The notes: generated by a model from the letters alone, not told the origin. A stretch of DNA of 30,609 nucleotides from a virus (IMGVR_UViG_3300020042_001307:1-30609); one strand, 5' to 3'; counted from the stretch's first letter, positions 1 through 9,784 are shown. Translations and numbers: made by a program.

Positions 1-133
1 CTAGGTTCTTTGCCCGTCTAATTTCTTCGGGCGTGAAACCATCATGCGTGTCAGTATAAGGATTGGGGGGTATTTGTCCTATCTGAAACGCATTAATCTG
101 AAACGCTAAGACCTGAAATGCAGTCTGAAACAC
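1..133 (-). CDS. Hypothetical virion-module protein with N-terminal AFQ repeats (runs off the window end)
   Basis: Not in ORF track. GTG at 133-131 overlaps the TAG of the upstream gene. Translates MFQTAFQVLAFQINAFQIGQIPPNPYTDTHDGFTPEEIRRAKNL... with no stop before position 1. Explains the CTGAAA repeats at 83-130. Confidence 0.75.
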   Translation of the reverse strand, partial: MFQTAFQVLAFQINAFQIGQIPPNPYTDTHDGFTPEEIRRAKNL

Positions 134-399
134 TAGCAGTCCTCAGCACCAGCGTAGTCGCTAAAAGTCTTTAGAACCTCATATATGGCTGGGATTAAGT
201 CACCCTTTAAATCTTCCATACTGATATAATGTGCGTTTTCTTTGACTGTAGCCATGTTGCTTTGCCTTGCCGACTCGTCATAATGAATAGCGACTTGGAC
301 TTGTATTTGGTCTTTAGTGCCAAAGAAGTTAGTGATTCTAGCGTAGGCTTGTGGGGCTGGTACGCCAAATTGTGTTTGAACAGCGAGCTTCAGTGCCAT
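133..399 (-). CDS. Small fibre-associated protein (possible fibre chaperone)
   Basis: 88 aa, AGGAG RBS upstream, directly downstream of the 761-aa fibre gene. Confidence 0.7.
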   Translation of the reverse strand: MALKLAVQTQFGVPAPQAYARITNFFGTKDQIQVQVAIHYDESARQSNMATVKENAHYISMEDLKGDLIPAIYEVLKTFSDYAGAEDC

Positions 400-409
400 G
401 TAAATCTCC

Positions 410-2695
410 TTAGTAAGTCATTTCGGTTGTGCGGATTTGGCAAACTGTACGAATAGTCGTTGCCGCTTGCCCTGTAAAGGTAACTCTTATTCCACCATTA
501 GTCGTGTCTGCTGTTACTGCAATAGCCCAAGTTGCCGCACCGACATCAGCGTACATAGATGTGACTGTAGGAGTACCGACCAAGGCTGTAGATGCCGCAT
601 TAGCACCTCGTTTAATTACACCCTCGATAGTAAAACCTTTAGTGTTACCACCGCCAGTTACTCCTGATACCACTTCACCTCTAAAGAAGTAAGCAGAGTT
701 GTTAGGTAGTATTACTTGGTTTGTTCCGCTTGCAGCACTACTATCACTTCTTAATGCTGTAGCTGTGGCATCGGTGGTTTGAACAGCAAGAACTAATAAC
801 GCAGATTGTGTAAGACCACTTGCGTTTCCAAGCGGAATGCTACAAGCAGGTGTAACAAAGTTTCCAATTATTGACCTAGCAATTCCTTGCCTTCCACCTG
901 AAATAGTTGAGTAATTAGCATTTGCTGAATTATTGTTTCCACCACCGACTGCTGAACCGCTACCACTTGTTTTATTTGCATATCCGCCAGCTATTGTAGA
1001 AAATGACCCACTCGCTAAATGACCATCAAAAGTTGTTCCATCAGTACCGCCACCACCAACAAAAGAACCTATACCTGAAGCAGTATTCTTTGCACCCCCA
1101 CAAACAGTAGACCAATCTGCTGAAGCTACATTTCGTTGTGCCGCAGTACCAGCATCACCACCACCACCGATAAATGAATAACTACCTGTAGCTTGGTTAT
1201 TACCACCGCCTACTACTACTCCATGAGGATTAAAGAAAGATAGAGTGCTTGTAGATGAACCTGATGCGTTTTGGGAAAGGGTAAGACTTGTTCCTGATAT
1301 GGCGGCTACATAGGTATTTGGGAAAGTGTTAATGCTTGTGCCAGTAATTAGCTGACCAACTTTAATATTGGCATTAGAACCGCTTAATGTAACGGCTGTT
1401 GTGCCGTTCATTGTTCCTGACTGTGTAGTTACTGCGGCATTAGCTGTTCCGCTATTTGCATAACCACCGCCAATAGTTGAATAAAATCCTGTGGCAGTAT
1501 TAGAATAACCGCCAATAACAGATGAAATTGTTCCACTAGCAGTATTTAATATTCCACCAGCAATTACAGACCTAGTACCTGAAGCAAGATTAGTATCACC
1601 ACCAAGAATAGAGCTATAAACGCCAGTTACCCCATTTGAATATCCGCTTACAACGGCAGAATATCCACCTGATACTATGTTGTCATAACCAGCACCAATA
1701 AAAGCATTAGTAGCACTTGCAACTCTAGTAGCACCACCTCTTTGCATTTGTAAATCTACTGCGTATGCACCCCTAGCATTACCACCTGCTGTAGTAGATG
1801 TAGTAGCTTGTGCTTGTAATGCGCCTGTTCCTGCTGGTTGTAAATACAATGCACCATTAGACAGTAAACCTATTTCAGATACTCCACTAAAGGATAGGGT
1901 AGGAGTTCCGTAAACTGCTGTAGTGGTTGTGGGGATGTAGGTGTTGGCGGTTGAGCCAAGTTCTAATTGAACACCCCAAACATTGACAATATTTCCAGCG
2001 CCAGTATTTGTTTGACAACTTCCATCTGATGCTGTAATTGCTATATCAAATATAGTGCCACTAGAAAGCAAACCAGTTAAAGCAAGGCGATACCAACCAC
2101 TACCTGCATCGGTAGCTGTAAAGGTTGCCCCTGAAATTCCAACCGTGCTAGTTGCTAAAGTATCAAAATCAAAAAAAGCAACTCTATCACTTGTTCCTAC
2201 TAAACTGCCTAGTCTTAATCCAACATAACGCCAATTATTTTTCTTAACATAAGCTGAAAGCGTATATGTTGTTGTTGTGGTTGTAATAGATTGTCTTAAC
2301 AAACCACCAAAAGTAGAATTTACTGAAGTAATTGTTCCAGCAGTAGTTGTTCCGTTTGGGGCAGTAGTAACATTATCTACTCGTGTTACAGTTGAACTGC
2401 TCCATGTTGCATTATTGTAGGTTTGCGACTGTAAAGATAAATTCTGCCCAGTACCCCTTAACACTCCTGTCTGTCCTGTAATCGTAGTAGCGTTTACAGT
2501 AGATGGGGTAGTAGCACCGATAGTAGTGCCATTGATTGTGCCGCCAGTAATGGCTACTGCGTTGGCGTTTTGCTCTGCCATTGTGCCAAGGCCAACTAAG
2601 GTATGGTCAGCGTTCCAATCACTAGGGCGAACTAAACTGGTGTCCGCATCATCAGGAATGGTGCTGACTTTAGTGTGTTTAACTAATACGGTCAT
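410..2695 (-). CDS. Fibre/spike protein in the head module (carbohydrate-binding-like domain plus Gly-rich beta-solenoid repeats)
   Basis: 761 aa, G/T/S/A-rich. Contains a QNANAVAITGG fibre motif, a TTAPNGT...GWYR...WGVQLELGS...YIPTT domain typical of phage spike/fibre proteins, and many GGxxNxASGxxSxxxGG repeats. ATGA-coupled to the portal gene. Confidence 0.8.
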   Translation of the reverse strand: MTVLVKHTKVSTIPDDADTSLVRPSDWNADHTLVGLGTMAEQNANAVAITGGTINGTTIGATTPSTVNATTITGQTGVLRGTGQNLSLQSQTYNNATWSSSTVTRVDNVTTAPNGTTTAGTITSVNSTFGGLLRQSITTTTTTYTLSAYVKKNNWRYVGLRLGSLVGTSDRVAFFDFDTLATSTVGISGATFTATDAGSGWYRLALTGLLSSGTIFDIAITASDGSCQTNTGAGNIVNVWGVQLELGSTANTYIPTTTTAVYGTPTLSFSGVSEIGLLSNGALYLQPAGTGALQAQATTSTTAGGNARGAYAVDLQMQRGGATRVASATNAFIGAGYDNIVSGGYSAVVSGYSNGVTGVYSSILGGDTNLASGTRSVIAGGILNTASGTISSVIGGYSNTATGFYSTIGGGYANSGTANAAVTTQSGTMNGTTAVTLSGSNANIKVGQLITGTSINTFPNTYVAAISGTSLTLSQNASGSSTSTLSFFNPHGVVVGGGNNQATGSYSFIGGGGDAGTAAQRNVASADWSTVCGGAKNTASGIGSFVGGGGTDGTTFDGHLASGSFSTIAGGYANKTSGSGSAVGGGNNNSANANYSTISGGRQGIARSIIGNFVTPACSIPLGNASGLTQSALLVLAVQTTDATATALRSDSSAASGTNQVILPNNSAYFFRGEVVSGVTGGGNTKGFTIEGVIKRGANAASTALVGTPTVTSMYADVGAATWAIAVTADTTNGGIRVTFTGQAATTIRTVCQIRTTEMTY

Positions 2696-4971
2696 TGGAC
2701 ACCTACAATTTTTCCGTCTTGACCCCTAATGACAGTTTTAGGCTGGCTTAACTTATTCATCATTTCGCCTAGCATCATAGCCATTTGGTTGCTATTGTTG
2801 TTAATGGCGTTAGCAACGGTTTCCATTGGATTTTGCATAGCTTGTGCCATATCTTGCTCGTTAGCATAAGCCATTGCGCCATCGGAATCGTCTGAACCAA
2901 TACGGGCAACCTCGATCTTAGCCCCGTTATTGATGTGTGCCAATAAGACTTGGGTATTGCGTTCAGTCATCATCTTCATCTGTGCAACTTTTACTTCCAT
3001 CTCACGATCCATCATATTGCGCTGTTCTTCCAATTGGAATTTAAGCTGATTCTCTTGGGCTTGGTACTCTTGCTTGGCCTTCTCGAGTTCCATTTGCATC
3101 TGCATCTTTTGTTGTTCCATCTGCATTTCCATCTGCATTTCAGCCTGTTTAGCCTGTGCTTGGGATTGCATCTTGGCTTGTTCCATCTGCATTTGCATTT
3201 CCATCTTTTGCTGTTCAGGTGATGGTGGCTTGGGTTGACCTTCTGCTGCCTTGGCTTGCTGACGGAACTTATCTGCGGTTTCGTCAATCAATCCTTCTAG
3301 TCCTTTACCAGCCTTAAATGCGGTTACACCAAACTTGAGCATCTCTACTAGCATAGGCGTGAGTTCAGGTGTAGCTTGTGCGGCAGGTACGGCTTGACTT
3401 AGAAATCCGCTAACTGCGCTCAAGAACTCCAAGCGGTTTTGCTTCTCTTGCTGTTCATCCTGATAAATCATAGAATCCGTAGTCACTTCAATACGGAAGT
3501 TCTTAGCAGGTTCATCCTTCAAGAGTTGCAAGGCTTGTGGAATAAGCTGTTGATCTTGCTGGGATAATTGCATTGCACCACTAATCTTTAGGATGGTGTC
3601 ATCGGTAAAGTGCTGGCAAATAATCTGTGCTTTGATCTGCAATAGGGTAGTAGCAAAGTTCACTACCTCATGCTGCATAGTCTTTAAACGACCTGAAGCG
3701 TTGTTAGACTTAATGATTTGTGCGCCAAGGGTTTCATTTGGATCAGTCTGACCACGCTGAATATCAGCAATGCCCATGATCTCGTAGATTTGACCCTTAA
3801 CCTGCTCCATAGCCTGATAAGCCATGTTTAGACCTTGAGCGATTGGGGCAATATCTACAAGGTTAATAGCACCTACAAGTCCACCCTTCTCGCTAAATGC
3901 ACCGTAATTCTTAACGGGTAACAATGTATTGTTCTCACCTTCTGTGAACAAACGCTGTAAAGATGGCTCAGAAGCGTCATATACGCCCCGAACTTTAAGT
4001 GCTTGAATGAATCCATCAATACGGTCTGCAAGCGTATCTAACTGTCTTGCTTGGTCTTGGTACAGAACAAAGTCAGGAACAGGGATTAGGCTGTCTGTTG
4101 TCAAGGTAGAGAACATAGGTTTTGGGCAAGGCCAAAAGTTCTCAAGCTGCAACGGATCGTCACGGGTATCAAGAATCTTACCCATAGACTTGGATAACCA
4201 AATGACTTGACCTGTGGCTTTATCCCATATTTCGTAAATTAGGGCTTCCCGTGCCATTTCACCCATCTTTTCATTAAATGCTTTGGATGTTTCAGGCTTA
4301 GTATCAAGCGGAATCTTACCGCCTAATTCTTCGCCAAAGCGTTCAACAAGGGCAGCACGTTCCATATAGACTTTACGCCATACTGCGGTTACTTCTTCCC
4401 ATGTACGGGCAACGGTAAGTCCAAAGTCACGCCAGTAAACATAGTCAACTGGGGCGCACTCATACTCAATACGCTCTTGATCTTCACGGTAAATTCCGCC
4501 TTCGGTTTCCGCTTCGTCTGCATCTTCAGTTACTTGAAAGCCATCTTCAGGTGCGCCTTCTGCCTCACCGCCAGCTTGACCAACAATATGTGGCTCATAA
4601 CGAACCCATGCCGTACCACGCCCACCAAGTAAACGGTCTTGAACCGCTTGCTTCATTGCGCTGGCATAGTCACCATAATGCTCAATTTCGTACTCTAATG
4701 CCCGTTCTAGCATCATTGACGCTACACGCCCAATTGGGTCGTTATCACGGAATCTACGGCTTACATCGGGTCTTGGTAGTCTTGCAAATACCGCTGGGGT
4801 AATGGTTTGAACATTGCTCCACAGAATATTAAACTTAGCGGTTGGATTGTTTCGGCTGCGTGATTCGTCACGGTAACGCTTGACGATCTTATCGGCTCTG
4901 CCTTCCCATTCTTTAAATGTGCGCTCGTACTGCGCTATGCAGTTATACCAATCTTCGTATGTATGATCCAT
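2692..4971 (-). CDS. Portal protein (P22-like) with Q/M-rich coiled-coil C-terminus
   Basis: 759 aa, one gene downstream of TerL. Motifs FNILWSNVQT, GRGTAWVRY, GIADIQRG and ETLGAQ, plus a long Gln/Met-rich helical tail as in P22-type portals. Confidence 0.88.
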   Translation of the reverse strand: MDHTYEDWYNCIAQYERTFKEWEGRADKIVKRYRDESRSRNNPTAKFNILWSNVQTITPAVFARLPRPDVSRRFRDNDPIGRVASMMLERALEYEIEHYGDYASAMKQAVQDRLLGGRGTAWVRYEPHIVGQAGGEAEGAPEDGFQVTEDADEAETEGGIYREDQERIEYECAPVDYVYWRDFGLTVARTWEEVTAVWRKVYMERAALVERFGEELGGKIPLDTKPETSKAFNEKMGEMAREALIYEIWDKATGQVIWLSKSMGKILDTRDDPLQLENFWPCPKPMFSTLTTDSLIPVPDFVLYQDQARQLDTLADRIDGFIQALKVRGVYDASEPSLQRLFTEGENNTLLPVKNYGAFSEKGGLVGAINLVDIAPIAQGLNMAYQAMEQVKGQIYEIMGIADIQRGQTDPNETLGAQIIKSNNASGRLKTMQHEVVNFATTLLQIKAQIICQHFTDDTILKISGAMQLSQQDQQLIPQALQLLKDEPAKNFRIEVTTDSMIYQDEQQEKQNRLEFLSAVSGFLSQAVPAAQATPELTPMLVEMLKFGVTAFKAGKGLEGLIDETADKFRQQAKAAEGQPKPPSPEQQKMEMQMQMEQAKMQSQAQAKQAEMQMEMQMEQQKMQMQMELEKAKQEYQAQENQLKFQLEEQRNMMDREMEVKVAQMKMMTERNTQVLLAHINNGAKIEVARIGSDDSDGAMAYANEQDMAQAMQNPMETVANAINNNSNQMAMMLGEMMNKLSQPKTVIRGQDGKIVGVQ

Positions 4972-4979
4972 GTCTATTC

Positions 4980-5282
4980 CTAGGTAAAGTTACCTACTGC
5001 TATTACTTCAGCACCAGCACCCGTAGTTACTTTCCAAGCACCATTTTTAGAAAAAGTGTTTACTTCAATGGAATAAACACCGATTGCAGTATTGGCGGCT
5101 ACTAATACATGGGATGTAGTATTGTCTAAAAGGCTTACTGTGCTAGTTGCGGCAGTTCCTACAGCAATGACTAAACGGTGTAAATAATCGCCAGTTGCGC
5201 CTGTTGTGCCTAATACTTGGGCTGTTTGTGAAGCTGCTACATGCTCGTAGGGTAGTGCAAATGTTGCGGCTGCTGTTGTCAT
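4980..5282 (-). CDS. Small beta-rich hypothetical virion protein
   Basis: 100 aa, T/A/V-rich, abuts the TerL stop, lies between TerL and portal. Confidence 0.75.
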   Translation of the reverse strand: MTTAAATFALPYEHVAASQTAQVLGTTGATGDYLHRLVIAVGTAATSTVSLLDNTTSHVLVAANTAIGVYSIEVNTFSKNGAWKVTTGAGAEVIAVGNFT

Positions 5283-6626
5283 TTAAATTCTCCTGTTGAT
5301 TACTTTGGGGGTTTCTTTCCACATTTCGTTGAGCGTTACATCCGTTTGCCCGATATGAAGTCCTTTAATGCGGTTATCTTTAAGGATAGGGCTGTCCTCA
5401 TCCTTCCAAACAATGCTGAGATAGCGGAACGCATCGGCTGAATGGCTTGTCCAATCGTGCTTCGGGCGATCTCTAAATATCTTTTTATCATCATCCCATT
5501 CCCTTTGATATTGACGCAAACATTCGATTAATTCTTCACACTTATTATCAAACCAAGTGCGAGTTAATGCAAGTCGTGTTGCTTGTATTCCATCCTGAAT
5601 TGACAAATTTGGTACGATTTTTAGATGTTTTATGTCAATTTTTGCAGAAATCTGCTCGATTATGCTCTTTCCACCGCTTGCTAGTGTTTTTGCCTTAGCG
5701 TCATGGGGCAGCCAATGAGTGCCATATTTATACCCAAACTCATCTTCTTTTTGTTGCAATAACCCTGTGTAATACGGTATTGGCTGACCATTGCTGGAAT
5801 GGTGATCGAGTATTCTTATCTCTCCGTATACCGTCTGCCACCAAATAATTGCCGTTGAATCGTTATACCCCAAATCCCAAACCGTATTGCAGGGGAACAT
5901 CGGGTCATAATCTATGGTGGTAATACGCTCTAAGTCCGTGATTCTACGCATCTCCTGCCCGTAATACGCCCCAATTATGGCAGCCTCGAATGAGCAAAGG
6001 AACTCGGCCTCGTACTGATTAGTAGACATCATGCGCTGTGCATCTTCTAATTCAGCTTGTGGCAATAGACCTGACTGGTCTGCCCGTAGTGTCTTAGAGT
6101 ACCAATCGGGGTTGTTTTGAGCACCTTTGTATATGTCATAGAACCCGTTATGCCCACGAGGTGTCCCAATAAATACGGCATACCCGTTTCTGTCTGCAAG
6201 TGCTGGTCTTATGATTTCACCCCATACACGGGGTTTCATATCGGCAAACTCGTCAAGCACGATTCCGTCTATGTAATTTCCACGCAAGCTGTCAGGAGTA
6301 TCAGCACCAAATAGGCGAATCTTAGCCCCATTGTGCAGCTGTACCCATAATTCGGACTGATTAACCTTTTCTAGTGCAGGTGCAGCAAAGCGTAAAAGGT
6401 AGTCCCAAGCTACTGATTTTGCCTGTGAAAAGAGTGGGCAAAGGTAAAAGTACCTGCCGTCAGGCTTGCGTTCTTTAATTGCTCGTTTGATTAAGTCATT
6501 AATGCTGGCTACGGTCTTTCCTGCCCTGCGGTGACAGACTAGGACTGCCCAGCGTTCTTTACGCTTGTGGAAGTCTTTAAACGCATCCCTGACCTTGTAT
6601 TCAAACTCATGTACTACTTCACTCAT
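5283..6626 (-). CDS. terL: Terminase large subunit
   Basis: Walker A HRRAGKT, Walker B IVLDE, coupling motif FIGTP, RNase H-like nuclease motifs WDLGYND and HSADAFRY. Confidence 0.96.
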   Translation of the reverse strand: MSEVVHEFEYKVRDAFKDFHKRKERWAVLVCHRRAGKTVASINDLIKRAIKERKPDGRYFYLCPLFSQAKSVAWDYLLRFAAPALEKVNQSELWVQLHNGAKIRLFGADTPDSLRGNYIDGIVLDEFADMKPRVWGEIIRPALADRNGYAVFIGTPRGHNGFYDIYKGAQNNPDWYSKTLRADQSGLLPQAELEDAQRMMSTNQYEAEFLCSFEAAIIGAYYGQEMRRITDLERITTIDYDPMFPCNTVWDLGYNDSTAIIWWQTVYGEIRILDHHSSNGQPIPYYTGLLQQKEDEFGYKYGTHWLPHDAKAKTLASGGKSIIEQISAKIDIKHLKIVPNLSIQDGIQATRLALTRTWFDNKCEELIECLRQYQREWDDDKKIFRDRPKHDWTSHSADAFRYLSIVWKDEDSPILKDNRIKGLHIGQTDVTLNEMWKETPKVINRRI

Positions 6627-6912
6627 CTTGCCATTTGTAGATATGGGTTATAGGTGCAGTAGCATCCCCAGCGTGTTCAGTTCTAGCTAACTTAGGTACA
6701 TGGTATTCAGCGACTTGCATAAAGCAATCGAATGCGACTTTAGGCCCTAATTTTTCATTCGTAGCGATGTCATCAAGCCATTCTTGCAACTTATGGCTGT
6801 TACCATCCACGAACTTAGCGATCGCCTCTCTAGCAAGTGCTGTGGACTTATTAGGCACACCTGCGACCCTGCCGCCTGTCTTTTGTCTAGTCTTTTCTAC
6901 TTTAGAATCCAT
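6619..6912 (-). CDS. terS: Terminase small subunit
   Basis: 97 aa overlapping the TerL start. KTGGRVAGVPNK N-terminal motif and YHVPKL motif typical of small terminases. Confidence 0.8.
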   Translation of the reverse strand: MDSKVEKTRQKTGGRVAGVPNKSTALAREAIAKFVDGNSHKLQEWLDDIATNEKLGPKVAFDCFMQVAEYHVPKLARTEHAGDATAPITHIYKWQDE

Positions 6913-6931
6913 ACCTTACCCAAGTGGTTGA

Positions 6932-6950
6932 TTAAGATAAGTTAATTATA
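6932..6950 (-). promoter_or_regulatory. Operator-like site (one mismatch) with TATAAT -10 upstream of terS
   Basis: TTAAGATAAGTTAA at 6932-6945 versus consensus TTAAGATAACTTAA. Minus-strand TATAAT at 6950-6945. No consensus -35. Confidence 0.5.
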
Positions 6951-6952
6951 GG

Positions 6953-8680
6953 CTATTTTTTGCGTTTTAGGTCTTGTGGTACAAAACTGATAGCACCGCC
7001 TGTATTCTCGATGCCTTTATATCCTGCTTCATTGGCTATACGCTCTATTGCATTAGTGGCAGCGTTTTGATCCACGATGCCTTGGTATTGGTTGTACTGT
7101 CTAGCCAGTTTGTTTAGATTGTCGGGATCTTGGGCCACATTGTAGAAGTCAGTTAGATTAGCTTCGTATTGGTTCGGGCCTAGTCCAGCTTCTTTTGTAT
7201 TGGGGTTATTGTAGAAATAGGTGCGATTGCGTAATGCGTCTGCCAGCATTAAGCGTTTAGCTTCTGATCCCCGTATACCTGTGCCATACATAGTAGGGTC
7301 AGTTTGCAGTAAATCAGGTCTATTGCTGTAATGGTAGCCAGTTAATGCGCTTGGATTATTAGGCTGAATAAATGGTTTCATGTACTCGGGCATACCACCT
7401 TGGTACATAGGGTCAATCATTTCGGGCGGTAGTAGGAATGCCCTTTGATCTGCGTACTGAGTTTGTGAGCCAAGTTCTGCTAGTTTTGCATCATAAGGGG
7501 CAGTATCACCACCTTGCCGTGCTATGTTTTCCCGAGCCTGACGGATAGCGGCCATATCTTGCTGTAACTGGGCATTGATACCTGAGAAGTTTACAAAAGA
7601 GTTCTGCCCCCGTGTTTCAGTAGCAGCAGCCATCTTAGCTAGTGGGCTATATAACTGGCTGTGTGTGCCATATGCCAATTCTTCACCTCTAGGGCCAAAA
7701 CTTGCACCCGATGGCCCGTGACCGTAATAATCGTGTACCGCACGGAATACTTGGTTTTGGTTCAAACCTGTGTATGGATCAATTTTATTCAATAGTTGGT
7801 GCGGCTCACCACCACCAAATACATATAAATGGCGGTTTATTAGCGCATCTTCCAGCATTTGTGGGCTGTTTGCGTAGTTCAAATCGCCTTGATGATATGA
7901 CAATCGCATATCTTGATTAAGCATTCTGTCTAATTGCTTGGCGTTTTCTACCCCTAATTGCTCATAGCTGGCAGGTATTAGTTCTTGGTAATTGGTTGCG
8001 CCCGACTTTCTTACAGCTTCAGGGTAATTGCGTAAATATTGGGCGAATAGTTGGCTTTCTAATGCAGGGTCTATGCCTTTAGCCATTGTTTCGTATGTTT
8101 TGGCAATTGGAAACTGCTTTTGCAGGGATGAAGGTGACATGGCCTTCACCGCATCTAAATCAAAATAGGGGTTTATTCCCCTTGCAAGCTGAACAGAAGG
8201 GTTTAAATCAGGGTTTCTTAGGATTTGGGCGAGAATTGCGGCATCGCTTCTTCTAAGATTGGGTATTTCAATGTTTCCTTGTACTGATCTAAGTTCATCA
8301 GGGGTAAGCCGTGTTGGGTCAAGGCTTGATTGACTAATGCCAACCCGTCTAATATTTCCTGTGTCGAAAAATCCTTTTCCTGCTGCATTTTGAACACCTC
8401 TTTTTAATGCTGCTATTGGAACTAATGTTGCCGCTATGCCTAATGGCTCGCCTTCTTCATATCCAGTCATGTATTGCATATCGCTGGGATTTAATACGCT
8501 TGTTTGTGTAGGCGTTAAGCCTGTAGCCCCTGCTGCAAACCCTGTTTCTCTTGGCAATGGGTTTTTGCCTGTTACTGCTTGCGTAAATGCCTGTGGATTG
8601 GTAATAAACCGCTGTGCTTCCATAGGCAGATTGATGATCTTATCTGCACCTTGGCGCAAGAGTTCAGCCAGCGTAGCCAT
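6953..8680 (-). CDS. Multidomain effector-like protein: zincin-like HDxxGH domain and C-terminal ADP-ribosyltransferase-like domain (putative)
   Basis: 575 aa. FRAVHDYYGH...FGPRGEE...ETRGQNS metal-binding-like motif set. The C-terminal GYHYS...RTYFY...E pattern resembles ART-fold strands. Function is inferred. Confidence 0.6.
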   Translation of the reverse strand: MATLAELLRQGADKIINLPMEAQRFITNPQAFTQAVTGKNPLPRETGFAAGATGLTPTQTSVLNPSDMQYMTGYEEGEPLGIAATLVPIAALKRGVQNAAGKGFFDTGNIRRVGISQSSLDPTRLTPDELRSVQGNIEIPNLRRSDAAILAQILRNPDLNPSVQLARGINPYFDLDAVKAMSPSSLQKQFPIAKTYETMAKGIDPALESQLFAQYLRNYPEAVRKSGATNYQELIPASYEQLGVENAKQLDRMLNQDMRLSYHQGDLNYANSPQMLEDALINRHLYVFGGGEPHQLLNKIDPYTGLNQNQVFRAVHDYYGHGPSGASFGPRGEELAYGTHSQLYSPLAKMAAATETRGQNSFVNFSGINAQLQQDMAAIRQARENIARQGGDTAPYDAKLAELGSQTQYADQRAFLLPPEMIDPMYQGGMPEYMKPFIQPNNPSALTGYHYSNRPDLLQTDPTMYGTGIRGSEAKRLMLADALRNRTYFYNNPNTKEAGLGPNQYEANLTDFYNVAQDPDNLNKLARQYNQYQGIVDQNAATNAIERIANEAGYKGIENTGGAISFVPQDLKRKK

Positions 8681-8839
8681 TTACTTAACTTCTTTGTCCA
8701 AGTCTTTAAGTTTATTGGCGATCAGCTTCCTACGGGCAATGCGGTCAGCCTGATTCTTTTCTAATGTAGATGTATGCTCTTTACGCAGCATGGCATCTTC
8801 TTTTTTGTACTTGCGGCTCATTAGAGTAATAGGTGTCAT
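8681..8839 (-). CDS. Small basic hypothetical protein (52 aa)
   Basis: Not in ORF track. MTPITLMSRKYKKEDAMLRKEHTSTLEKNQADRIARRKLIANKLKDLDKEVK. TAATG-coupled to the upstream gene, and its stop abuts the next ATG. Confidence 0.75.
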   Translation of the reverse strand: MTPITLMSRKYKKEDAMLRKEHTSTLEKNQADRIARRKLIANKLKDLDKEVK

Positions 8840-9024
8840 TACATATCCTTCATCTTGTCACGAATCATGTCTTTACGGCTTTGTGGTTTAGCAGTCTTAG
8901 CAGCGTCTTTAAAGTCTTGTGCGCTAGGTCTGCCTTCTGCGCCCTTTTTAGCCATCTTTTCACCCGATCCAGCCTTGATCCTAGCCCGTTTAGCGTGAAT
9001 TGCAGCATAAAGTCCGTGTTTCAT
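8839..9024 (-). CDS. Small basic phage protein (GLYAxIHAKR family)
   Basis: 61 aa, K/R/A-rich, translationally coupled on both sides. Confidence 0.8.
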   Translation of the reverse strand: MKHGLYAAIHAKRARIKAGSGEKMAKKGAEGRPSAQDFKDAAKTAKPQSRKDMIRDKMKDM

Positions 9025-9518
9025 TTGTACGCTCCTACTACCAGTTTAAGTTCATCATCGCCCAAAAACTTGGCAACGGATTGGCAAAGCATATAAAAAT
9101 CTTCGTAGCTAAAGTCAGATTTCATGCGGTTAATTGCTTGGCATACCAGTATTGTATTGTCTTTTGTATAACCAATCTTGCTATCAATACGCTCAATAGA
9201 TACTGTGTTTAACTTACCTGCTTCAAGTGTCATTTCTAAACCTGAATAAGCACAAATTTTGTCTTGCTTATTCCAAAAGTCTACTATGTCATTGATTTCT
9301 AAAGAAAATTCTTGTTTGCGTTTGTTTGCACTATTTTTTGCGTTGCGTAAAAATATTTTAGCCCTAGTTTCAATTTTTGAATTAAGTTTTGCAACAACTT
9401 TTGCACCATTTATTCTGCAACAACCCTTGCACCAACTGTGCAAACCATCAAGAGTATTCGTACTTTTAAAGAAAAAAGTATTTTCGTGACTTGTTTTGCA
9501 TCTGAAGCAGGTTTTCAT
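9021..9518 (-). CDS. HNH-like (His-Me finger) endonuclease with N-terminal zinc finger
   Basis: CxxC...CxxC N-terminus and CAYSG...SIERIDSKIGYTKDN...VCQAINRMK signature. Start placed at 9518 (TAATG overlap). Visibly more AT-rich than its neighbours. Confidence 0.8.
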   Translation of the reverse strand: MKTCFRCKTSHENTFFFKSTNTLDGLHSWCKGCCRINGAKVVAKLNSKIETRAKIFLRNAKNSANKRKQEFSLEINDIVDFWNKQDKICAYSGLEMTLEAGKLNTVSIERIDSKIGYTKDNTILVCQAINRMKSDFSYEDFYMLCQSVAKFLGDDELKLVVGAYK

Positions 9519-9784
9519 TAACATTTCCACCTTGCTCTAGCTGCTTTGCCCCGTTCCCCAGTCCATCCTGCTGACCTTGCACAAAAACTATCGTGCCTTG
9601 GCCCACTAGACTGAGGTGCTTGTAAATTAGCGTTGTTCTTAGCATTGTATGCTTTGCGACCTGCTGCGGTCATACCTGCGCCTTCTTCTACCGATTGATA
9701 ATGACGGCCTTTGCCCTTAGTTGTCTTGGCAATAGGCTTATCGTGCTTTTCTACTGCGGCACGAATGTCATCCCTTCTACTCAT
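9518..9784 (-). CDS. Small basic protein, DUF6321-like
   Basis: 88 aa. GMTAAGRKAYN...NLQAP...RHDSFCAR...WKC pattern. Confidence 0.7.
   Translation of the reverse strand: MSRRDDIRAAVEKHDKPIAKTTKGKGRHYQSVEEGAGMTAAGRKAYNAKNNANLQAPQSSGPRHDSFCARSAGWTGERGKAARARWKC

Noticed and set aside
83-130. CTGAAA direct repeats as possible iterons
   Set aside because: Explained by AFQ codon repeats of the minus-strand ORF.
2950-3287. His/Leu-rich and basic ORFs within the portal gene
   Set aside because: Shadow frames of the Gln/Met-rich coiled-coil coding repeat.
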